This document shows, piece by piece, positions 28,321 to 39,900 of a stretch of DNA of 64,000 nt. Source of the DNA: Iphione sp. A-MEVVRFRX5 (lineage: Eukaryota); assembly GCA_976226885.1 (NCBI GenBank), contig OZ320315.1, positions 43,710,001 to 43,774,000 of the forward strand. The letters run 5' to 3'. Position 1 is the stretch's first letter; every line of letters starts with the position of its first letter. The notes under the pieces are model-generated. The model was not told the DNA's origin. It did no database searches and saw only the letters and a list, made by a program, of their open reading frames with translations. Position numbers and translations under genes: made by a program.

Positions 28321-29649
28321 TCGAATATTCTCTTTATTGCATTTAAATCTGACAATTACTTGTGGTCATGTGAGAAATTACATCTATTCTGCTGACATGA
28401 TATCAACTGTTTATTTTTCTTCCAATGTGAACTTAAATTTAAGACATTAGTCTGTGTAGACTATGTTTAGTTAGTAGAATAGACTGATAGATTAGTCAAG
28501 AATTTTCCCAAAATGAAAATTCTAACATATAGAGTTAATTTAAACATGTAAGATTAGTCATTTTGGCATATAAGCAAAGTTATTTTTACTAACAAAAAAT
28601 ATATATTCCTGGAAATTAGGTGACTAATGCTCTAAATCATATAATAACTAAGGTGACCAATGTGCCTGAGGTTCCTTTTGGCACCATCATTTTAACCTGA
28701 GAAAGTTAGTCACCATCGACTAAGATTTCAAGGCCTCAGATTATCCGTATATTAGTACAACATGAGCCACGGTGCCTGTGTCGCCTAGACGATTTTGAAC
28801 ACTAAATATCATACCAGAGGAGATTGCTGGATAATAAGGTGACAATGTTTTACACTGAAGTAATATCCTAAAGGACTAGACCTATTAGACGATGACTATT
28901 CGAGAATAGGATCGATCTTGTCTGGCCCGGGGATGATGTTCTCAGCCTTACATGGTGTGACAAGGTGAAACGGTCTCCCTATGTGCGTTCGGCCGAAAGA
29001 TTACGAGTCTGATTTTGTCCCGGGACAGAACACAAACCGTTTGAAAAGGGTGAGAGGAAACAGAAAATCGAATGCAGACGATGTTAAACGTGACAAATGC
29101 AAAAGAAAAAGGAAAAAACCAGCAGAAAACAAACGACAGGATAAAGAGGAAAAATTGCGTGGGAAGGGCAAGAGGAAAGGATGGGCAGCGATGAGACATG
29201 GAGTTGGCAGAAGAAAGGTGTAGGAGTGTAGATGACGATTTTTTGGGTGGGGATGGAGAGGACCGCTCCTCTGAGGATTGCGGACGGTTTAGTGGCTCGG
29301 CCGAGTACTATGGCCACAACATGCCGGAACCAATCGACGCTCTACCTAATGACGCTCTCCAGGCGTTGAAAGCCGAAGCCACATCCAAGGAGGGGAAGCG
29401 ACCTAACGGGGCAAGCCGTTTACCCCTGACGTTCGGCCATTGCTTACCCCTTCACAGAAGCGGCGGGCGGGGAGGAGAGGGTAGCTGCCAGCTGATCCTT
29501 TGAGAAATGTCGTACAGTCCTACTGACTAAATCGCACACACATACTCATACAAAGGTGAATACAAGAACAAACGTACATGTACATGTACTTCTCTGACAG
29601 AGCCAATACGGGATGAACTGGAAGTTGATGTTTGCCAAACACTTGATCT

Positions 29650-30339
29650 CATGAGACACAATGAGGGTCAAGTCTGCAATCTGGACAATCTGGACAAAAT
29701 AAGGACCGTTTAGAACTAATTTATCTAATTTATAAACAAGTTAAGGAGGATGTCTCTAAAGGCCACAGTAATAATACAAGAGTGTGAGCATAAGGAAACT
29801 CTGAGAAAACTCCTACATGGTCTATCCCATTGAAGTGAGCCCAGAGTGGAAAGTTCCTGTCACTCATAAGCCCCTCCTGTTGCTCATGAAACTGTTCTGT
29901 TACTCATAAGCCTCTCCTTCCACTACAAAGTGTCATATTAGTTAAGGCGACTATAAAACGGATGCCTTCACTCTCCCTATCACACTTCTGTTGCGCCTCT
30001 CAGCTCTTTTGACTGTGAGTAGTAATGTGCGGGACAGGGAGAGTCAACTACTACTGTGTAACAAATTTGACGAGTAAACACCTAAGTTGCTGTGAATTTG
30101 AGAAATTCCTGAGTGAATTTAAGGAGTACAAACATGACCTGTAATGAACTTGATGTTTTTGAGAAAGGACCGTACACATTTCTACCTATTTCCTAACAAC
30201 TGCATGTTCTGTGTGAATATGGCTGGTGAATTTGAGAAGATTCATGGATTGTGTCCTTAGGCCCCAACTTCTCAGATTGGGACACGTCTAAAATTGGAAC
30301 ACTTTTTCCAAGGGTGTCCCAATTAGAGACATCCTACTG
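29650..30339. mobile_element. Shorter diverged copy of the 9782-11105 element
   Basis: Shared blocks ggaggatgt..ctaaagg, tacaaga.tgt.agcat.aggaaactctgag, gagcccagag, cctgtcactca.aag, and terminal ccaaggg.gtcc..attaga...tcc.actg; left boundary approximate. Confidence 0.55.
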
Positions 30340-33300
30340 TTCATGGATTTGACCGCAAAAATAAAACAATGATCGATAGCATTAAACCTAGAGTAAGGTT
30401 ATCGATGTAGGAACGAAGAAGTTTTTACCAAACTGTTCAAAAGATAACGACTGAAATGAAGTGGACCAACGCGAATACATCCCTCTTGTAGAACAAAGAA
30501 TGAATATAACATTTTATATCATAAAACAAAATTAATAATCTAATGATGTTCATCTTTTCACTAAGTTTCTCACAATGAAGTGATATCGGAGAACATTTTT
30601 TACTTCGTTAACAGAAGTATACCTTTATTTACGCCTCTTTAAACAGGTTTATAATAGAGCACCAAGAAGAAGCCAAGCTATTAGTTATCTTCCCCAGACG
30701 ACGGCTACTTGGAAGCCATATCCCTATCGGCCATCGAGAAAGGATATTTTAACTGATGTATACGTCTAGGATTTGATAGACATCTCCGTTGTTTGTCTGG
30801 ATCCTATCTAACTGGCACGAATGTCTAGCCGCCAATGTGTAACATGTTGTCCTACTCATCTCCATTTGTGTCTTCGCTGCGGGGTGTTACGCTGAATAGA
30901 GCAGCAGAAACAGCGACTAGACTGTTTAAATCATAGGTTACATACAGACGGTGTGTGACTCACAACCCAGGGACGGGCTGTGCGGCTCTGCACAGCGCTG
31001 TCAGCATGGTTCTTTACCGCACGATGCCAACAATGTTTGACAAGCCTCTGCTGATTTTATCACAGACCTTATCAAAGGTGATTATCGATGATTAACGCAG
31101 CGTGAATTCTAATAGTAATGAATATGGAAGTATCTGATTACAATCGTTCGGTGGCGCTGTAGGAAATCGCTCCGTTAGTACTTCATTACTCCATATAAGA
31201 AGTTGAAACGCTTTGTCAATCTCTTAATGCAAACACCCTTTTCTTTGTAAAGAGAGAGGTAGGGTTTCGAAAGAGTGACGTGTTATTGCAGATTGCCCCG
31301 TCATAAAAACCTGCACAGCCACTCACGTGTGCAATTATAGGTGGTGTATCACAGCGGACGTTCATTCACCAATATGCACATATGATCGAATTGCCTAATG
31401 ACATCTCATGATGCACACTTCATTCCCCTAAACCAAAGGTGAAAATTAACCATATATTTCCAAACTTAATGCTCGGAGTGAAAGCATGACTCTAGCATTT
31501 TTTTTTCTTTTTCTCCGTCTCTCTTCGTCTCCCACCCCTTGGCGTATCTTTTCCATTACTCCAAATCGTTCTCTGTCAGTCTTTCTCTATTCAGCCTCTA
31601 TCTTTCCCTTCTGCGTGTTCTTTTTATGTGTTTTTTCCTCCTCAAAATTTCATCTTTTTTTATTTTGGAAAGTTCGGATTGCAGTCAATCATCTTTCTTC
31701 ATTCACTCCACAACTAAGGAGCTCTGCTTCGGATCAGAGATGGCCCAGGTCGATAAGGTGTATGCTTAGGATCGCGAGAGTGGGGGCGGACGGTGGTGTG
31801 CGGTGGTGTGGGCGATGAGCGAGCGACCGGCCTGAGCTCACCTGAATAAGGCCCCGCCTGCTCCAGTGACCGCGGCCCCAAGCCAGTCAACCTATGCTAA
31901 GCTCACACCTCAAGCTGATAGAGATCGCGCTACGCAAAGCCTTCGAGGCTTATTACCCAAGTAATTCTCAGCTAGCATATCAACACGGTTGCACAACGAC
32001 CTTTGGTTGAGGGCCTTGAGCCCAAAGCATCTCAGTTCCCCCAACCATCAACTGACGACCCCACCAGTCCTGGGGACTTTTCCACCCTACACTCTGGCGT
32101 CTTGCGATAGCATCAGCGACCGCGACCTCCCGAAGCTAATATGAAATAAACAATTGTTGATAAGGAATGCGCACCTGCACAGCGTTGAAAGGACCCAGTG
32201 CACAGAAATAGTGTGGGACACAGGTGCAGTGTGAGGCCAAAACCGGCGCAATAGAAATGCTTTGGTCCGTACCGTAGATGGACCAGAGATAAAGTCCGCT
32301 TTACAGCCCACCCCACTGCTACAATGAGCAGACTGATTGGGCAGGTAACTCTAGCTCGGTACTTAAACCCTCACGGCTGAAGAAAACTTCGACTAATGCT
32401 TTTACTTTCGCTGGTTCCACATTTGAATGCGTCTATTGTAGTCTATGTATGGTGGTATAGGGGTGGGGTTGGGGAGGATGTACGTGTACCGTGCATGGCC
32501 AAATGTAGGCTGGCTAGTCCCAATCTACAACTCACCTACACATATTTGGCCAGTAACCTGAGCAATTTACCTATCCTTATACATTGTATACACGTACATG
32601 TACAACTACTGCAGTATACAAATAGACTTCTGTATCCAAGGTCCACGGAAAGGGAACAGCCTGACCACGCGTCGCATGCAGTCGTGCTGTTTTTCGTCTG
32701 CGTTGTCATTTCAAAACATTATCACAGATTTAAAACAAGACTTGTCTATTACTTGTGTTGGGTAGGATGCAAGTCCGTTATGTCTATCAGTGTGAGGCAT
32801 GTGTCGCGCTCTCCTTACATGGAAATGCAATTTCACATAAACTGATTTGTGCAAGAGATCATACGGATGGTCGTAGTCGTAACTGGAATATACGGTTCTG
32901 CAGATTGGTGGGAGCATCTATGGAATCAATGCTAAAATAGAAATGGACTATGTGCATGTATATCTATGGAATACATGGAGTTATTGTGTCTGAGGCCCGA
33001 TATGGGTCCATTCAATACTTTAACATATAATATTTGCATGTGCAAGGACACTTGAGGAAATTCTCGAGGGTACACCAATAGTCTTGGTTTCTTTCCAATT
33101 AGTGGAAGAATCACCTAATTTGTCCGGGCTTAACCGTGGTTATCAGCAATAATATTGGGTCAAGCGCTTCGGCTAACAACCAGCTGACCCGTTTTTCACG
33201 TCATTGTTGAGTTGATTTAAAATACATGTACACATGTACATTCTGCGTGTATCATGTCCAGTGGACGTTTTTTTCTCACTTTGAAAATCTCGAAAGACAC

Positions 33301-33803
33301 AGCTCGTCTAAAGTGTGCAGAGCATTGTAACTGTTTACAGGAACAATACAAGGACGAAAGTACCATAAATTGTACATTTTTTAAATCTTGCCGCTGGAAT
33401 GACGTTCATCTGCTGGGAAAGCACTTGCCAAGACGGTTTCACATTTCATGGTTAATGTCAGAAACAATTTACCTTTAACTTTTCGGTAATGTAACATCAT
33501 CTGTAAAACACATGCCTCAAAAACGACTTGAAAGAACACTTCACTCTTTTGCAATACGACGATTCCAAAAAAACACCGAAAGAGCCGTGTGGATGCTGGA
33601 AGTATATGTGGCCGAAGGTTCGAAGAAGTCCGATCTAGATTTTCAAGTTTCAAACAGATTTTTTTCCATAAAGTATCTCACTATAGAATGTTTTCTCTTG
33701 TTGCTTCTCTCTGCACTCTTCGGGCGGTATATATGGTGCAATAAGTCTAAATTAAATTGTATTGAGGAGGGAGAGGGATAATCAAGCCGTAGGTGTTACT
33801 CAC

Positions 33804-33941
33804 AGCTCGGTCGAGCAGCTCTTCGGGCGCTCCATGCGGTATCCTGCACGTAATTTCCTCAGTAGATTACTGTTTTCCACCGTCGGGTATGGCACGCCGC
33901 CTAGAGTCATTAGCTCGAATAAGACCACGCCAAACGCCCAC
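33804..33941 (-). CDS. RTK kinase subdomains IX-X
   Basis: WAFGVVLFELMTLGGVPYPTVENSNLLRKLRAGYRMERPKSCSTEL; ctttcag acceptor, CT|GTGAGT donor. Confidence 0.95.
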
Positions 33942-36900
33942 CTGAAAGTGCATTGAAGAGGGAGCAATCCGTCCATTAAACAACTAAAGTGTTGCCTAAT
34001 TTAAATTGCTGTTATTAAAACGTAGTACATGTATTCCATGCCGTTACTTTCTGACAGGTGTATGTTAGTTACTCTACATATAGTTTACTGATCACTTGAG
34101 AAAGACGGCCATGCATGCTTATGGGGGAATGTGTGACAAAGGCCAATTTGAACTTCACTTGTCTGAATATCGACTATGCCGATGAATAGCATTTTAATCA
34201 CATTTTAAAATTTAATCTGTTATTCCACGTTTCTTTTGCAAATCTGCACTATTTCATCTATCTTTTCCATTTAAACTGTTGATTTTTACACTGGAAGAAC
34301 TTAAGTACTTTGTACGGAAGATCTGTTTCTGAACCCAGAAAAAATAACAGCTGTTGTATTTGGTAGGTCAAAAACGTTTGAGTTAGACCCAAAATTGGGA
34401 GATGTGGGCATAAAGAAGTCCATCTCCGCTATGTTCCTTGGCTATCACCTATAGATAGCAACTTGTTCTGGAAGACAACGGCCAGTAAGGACAAGAAAAA
34501 GGCTGGAGGCAATGGGGCTTTTGCAAAGAAAGAATGAGCTCATCCGTACACTTTGATGATAGGATGACAGTTTTCAATCTTTCATCATGGCTGTTTTCGA
34601 CCATATTTTTTCTCTTCTAGAGTAAAAACACAAGTACAGGAACTGCAGATAGAGTTCAATCGGCAACTAAAACTGAACGTGAACCCTAAAAACCCAAAGG
34701 AGTGCATGTTCCATTTAGAAAGATTATTAGGGATACAATGTCTTCAGGAAAGGAGCCAGGCTCAACTAACTCAGCTAGTCCATTGTCTGGCTTTCCTCAG
34801 CATCTGTAAGCAAAGCCAAGGGCCTCAACAAGCCTAGGTGATGGAAAGAGAATAACTCTGGAAAAACCGACAAATAAACTGTTTTTAACATTGTTTGTAC
34901 ATTGCGGGAGCAAACTGTGGAACACTCTTCCACAAAATCTGAAATCAAGGCGTAGACTAACAATGGCACAGATCACAGGTCTATACAGGTTCTAATAGAG
35001 GAGACGGGTTCAATGTCTAATCACTGAATCAATCTTAGAGAGATGTGGTCCATAGACTATCACTTCCAAAGCCTCCATATCCTATTCTCTGTCCTCGCTG
35101 ATAATGCTGTCTGCATTCTGTCAAGCTGAGGTTATAAGAGATCATGTGATTAACGCTTATGAGATTTCTCTACCTCTATGGAAAATATGATCAAACCCAT
35201 ACCTGGACAAAAATACTGAAAAATGTTGTATAAATTCCAGAAAAAAATCATCCTATTAAAAAAAAGTACATACTCCTTTGTCAAAATACTTAACTGTTTT
35301 AATACTCCATTATGTACTAGCTTGCTAAATACAGTGGAACCCCTCTATAAAGGACACCTCCTACTATGGACAGGCTGGAAGCAGAACCAAATCTATATAA
35401 GCATGTTTAAATATCCCCTCTATAAAGGACACCCCTCTGTATGGACACTTTTGGATCAGTCACTTTGCTGTCTGTAGTAGAGAGGTTCTACTGTGTACCG
35501 TCCCATGCGCTTAGTTATTCCTAGTATTTCTACCTGAAAGTAACACCAACTTATACTCTGGGGTTAATAATGGCCAAATGTGTGCATACTCCTGTGAAAA
35601 GCCTGAACTGTAATGATGCAGCTGTCTTTCTTGAATGTTAAATCAATACTCGTTTCAATTTTCTGGTCTCATTTACTATTTAGAAGGCTACAATGTGCAC
35701 ACTACTGTATCATTTTCATAAGACCGGATTAGCTATTTGAATATTCGTTCACTTATCCCCTTACTTCACTCCAAGATCTCTAGATGCAGTACTACATATA
35801 TAAGGAGTAAATAAACTAAGTGAATAAACTATTGTCTATTGTAAATAAAGAACAATTCTATTCTAAATAATTCTATCAACCCACCGACCTATACTTGCTT
35901 ATATACCTTGTATTTACATATGTAAACCAGCTCGGTAAAAACCAACCACACACACAATGACCCCCCCCCACACACACACACACATAAAAAATTGATCGAT
36001 GGACAGTGAACAAGTACATTGATTTTTGAAACAAAAATACATGTACTGTTACTTACACGTCAGTCTTGGTATTGAAGACGAGGTCGAAAATCGCTTCAAT
36101 GGCCATCCATTTCAGTGGTAGTTTCTTTCCTTGTTTCATGACGTAGACATGATCGTCATAGACATATCGCGTGAGACCAAAATCTCCAATCTTAAGGTGT
36201 TTGTCCTCATCAACAAGTATATTCCTAGTGGCTAAGTCGCGATGCACGAATCCTCTCTGAGATAGGTAATCCTATCAAAAGTAAGAGGAGAGTAACGTGA
36301 AGTAATATCTCTAAATGAAGAAAATTACACTTACTTTACAATGTGAACATAGATCAATAATAGACCTACATCAATAGAATAAAGTGTTCCCCATAATTCG
36401 CTTCACATTTTATGCAGAACGTTCCATCAAGTTAAAGGGAAGTTTTATATTTTAATCACAACTACATAAATGTGAGATAGTGGTCTTTGTGATAATGTGC
36501 TTTGATACCCACCCCCGCAAGTTGCATCTCAAAATAACCTTTTACCCATGAAAAGGAAGGATTTCATTCATGTTATTATCCCTGTATTATTTGGTTGTTC
36601 TGAGTGTCTAAGTTTTTCTTATTATAAATCCTTGATATAACCATGTATCAACTGTCACACTCTTCGTTACCCTGGCTGATCATACTGCATATTTCTATAT
36701 GCCGACTTCTGACCTGTTGTAGGGCTTTTGTGTGTCCTAATATCCTGACTCACCAGATGGCTAATTTTCTTATACCAATTCTCCATGTTGGAGTACGTTG
36801 TCACCACACGGGAAGAACCCACCCAGTACATGATAGCACAATGTTTGTCTCTGCCGAAAGACTTACATTTTAGATCTCCCAGAACAGCCTACATGTGTGA

Positions 36901-39900
36901 GTAAAGGGTTGGTTTCCTTACATGCATCGGTGTCCGTGCGTTTTTGATCTGTTTTTGATCCATTTAGATATGTTTTTATCAATCATGTTTGTTCTAATAA
37001 AGGGTGTAAAATTCATCTTTGTGCACTAGTATCCGTTTGGTATCCTTGTTCTTCAATGGTCCCTGACCTATAATTTAACACACACGGATGCAAACCGCAC
37101 AGCAGTAGAGATAACCTTTGAATCAGATGAAAATCTATGATAGATGTATGATAGATGCATGAAAAATGATAATGTGATACTTTTTCCAGTGAATTTGTCC
37201 AGTTTTTATACTTTTTCCATTGGCATTTACCAGTTTTTATACATCATATCACACAGCCATGCTAACCTATGTTGATTTTTCCAGTGTAAATACATTGTGC
37301 ACATATATGTATGTATGTATGTGTGTATAGGTGTAAAAAGGTAGATGCAAGCATATGAACATTTAACATATCTGACTGGAGTTTCATTTTGCGCTTCCTT
37401 ACCATTCCCGTTGCAATCTGTTTTCCAAACGACAGCAGATCGCTCACAAGAAGATTTTCTTCACTGGCTACATCGTCCTGCCATTGAGGAAAATATAAGG
37501 TCTTCCTAAATATAGATAATTTTTATATTCAGATAGATATTCTCTCTGGTAATTATATTTGGTCCGTGGAATTAGACATGTTATATCAATCTGGTACTTT
37601 TTTTTACAATTTCGTAAATTATGTTATATAGATACTTTCTCGTCTTAGTGAATAAATAAATAAATACGAACTATAACCGTATTAATATTTATTTTTGATG
37701 CATTCCAAACTATACTTATGGAAATAGTACTTCCAGACCCTGCATTAATCTGACTGCTATACATCTCAAATATAGTTATGCCTTATTCCACCGTCAGCTG
37801 GTGCAAGGAAACCTCAGAACATACGTACACCGACCTTGGAACGTCGTCGGCGTAGAAAGTGGAGCAGGTCGGTGACCATATACTCTACCAACAGGCACAG
37901 AGGCGCCCCCTGGGTGCAGCAGCCCAGCATCGACACGACGTTAGGATGCGCTCCAATCGTCTTCATCAGCGCGATCTCCTGCAGGAAGTCATCTGCTAGG
38001 CTGTCCCTAATGCCCTCTGCCCTTACAAGAGACAGGGAAGGTTAAATTGTAAAAAACCGTGGTAAAGATGCAGTATACCCCACCATAGAGAGGAACACGC
38101 GGTGAGTGTCGCCAGGCCTTAGCTATGTCCCCAGGTCTCTGCGGACCCTACTGGGTCAGGCGGAAAAAGAAAAAGGGAAGTCATTATGTTAAAGATCCGT
38201 TTTGTTAACGACTAGCACCGATAATCATAGTAGATACCACATACATATACATATTACGCTGAAAGATAATTTTGCATGTGCTACATATAAAATGCTAAAT
38301 ATCCTTTAAAATGATGTGTATTAGCCTTCGTGATTACGTACCTAAGAGCATCTTGACGGCAACTTTGGTCGATGGTGGCCCAGTCTCTTGCGAACCCTTT
38401 TCTGGCTGCTGCCTTTGCCCCGCTTGCTCGTGCTGCTGACCATGCCGGCCTGGTGGAGGTGGAGGTGGAGGAGGGGTTGGTGGCGGCCGGTGCAGCAAGC
38501 GGCCAGCGACGACTTGACCGAATGCACCTCGCCCGAGGACCTCACCAAGTATCAGGTTCTCACGGGGAACCTCCCAGGGGTCACTGGAGAGCCACGTGCA
38601 ATAATGTACGTTTATCACCGTTCATGCATTGTTTCCCGCGACAATATCTTACCTCAGAGGTGAGATTGGATTCAAAAGACAACTTTTTTTCCTTTAAATG
38701 TATTATACGATATTCTCTCAGTCATAGGAACACAAAGAGATGAGATATAATGAGTATAGATATGTCAACAGCTTGGCATTTGGAAGGGGTGACAATGAGA
38801 GACAGAAACGTATGTAGGATATGTTGCCATAGAAAGGTATTTTGGCCCCTGAAGGCAGGGCCGCCACACTCAGTACAGCAAAATTAGTATTAAAAAAATG
38901 ATAGTGATCACTTAGAGTAGAAAGTGAGGCTCATGAGTGAAGGAAATAAAACAAATTCCGAATTACCTTGTGGTGTACAGTGGGTTATCCACTAAATACT
39001 TCCTGTGGAAAGAAAGGCAATTTAGACGGTATGCAGGAATATGATATACCTGTTACGGTATGCACCATCCCATTGATATACTTCATGTAGTTGAATAGTT
39101 TTCTACTCCTAATACTGTATACAGTTTCTTCTACATTTCCTCATAATTTGAGACCATATTGTTTTAATTCTCCGACGCGATAGTTTTGAAAGCAAAAAAC
39201 ACATATCATATTACTTTAGGCATCTAATCTAATATCGTAGGACGTCACACAAGTCTCATATTAAATATCAAAGATTCAAACGTGGAAGGGGGAGGGGAAT
39301 ATCTCGGTATGATTTTGACCCGGAAGTTTCAGTAGTAAAACAGCAATAACTGCGGCGGACATAACATCGATAGTATAGGATCTCATCTGCGGTTTATTTC
39401 GAGGCACATTTTGATGAATAAATGATGGTAGAGAAGATTTGAATAGACGGATGCGTGGAAACTTAGATTGAGGTACAAGGGAAAGTGTGATAACAGGCCT
39501 GTAGCCAGACCATTTTCTGCGGGGTATCAGACGATACCCCCAATACCACACAGGTGGAACTAGTTTTTTTTACCTCTATGAAAGCCTGTTGGCATCAATG
39601 TTTTTGTGGGTATCGGACGATACCCCTGATACCCCCTGGGCTATGGGACTTGATAAGATAAAGGTGGAAAGACAAGATTGGATGACTGCAAATAGAAAGG
39701 ATTAGGTTTGGTTGACTGAGTTATAATTATGGACTGTTAGGGGAGAGTGAGAAAGGTGGTAAAATTAGAATGGATGAATAGATAAATCTGTGGGGATGAA
39801 ACGGATCAGATTATGATGGTGCAATGGAGAGAGGTAAGGAAAATTAGGATAGGTTGGGGTAGGGACATAATGGTTGATGACTTGGGGTGGCGAATGTCAG

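Noticed and set aside
28981-29503. Lys/Arg-rich and acidic ORFs
   Set aside because: Low-complexity purine-rich tract; no domain and no splice support
30960-31060. KHCWH as the missing kinase subdomain XI
   Set aside because: Wrong splice phase, no preceding YxxM and no RPxF at the right spacing
31486-31818. Hydrophobic ORFs (also 5447-5663)
   Set aside because: Products of CT/GA-rich simple sequence
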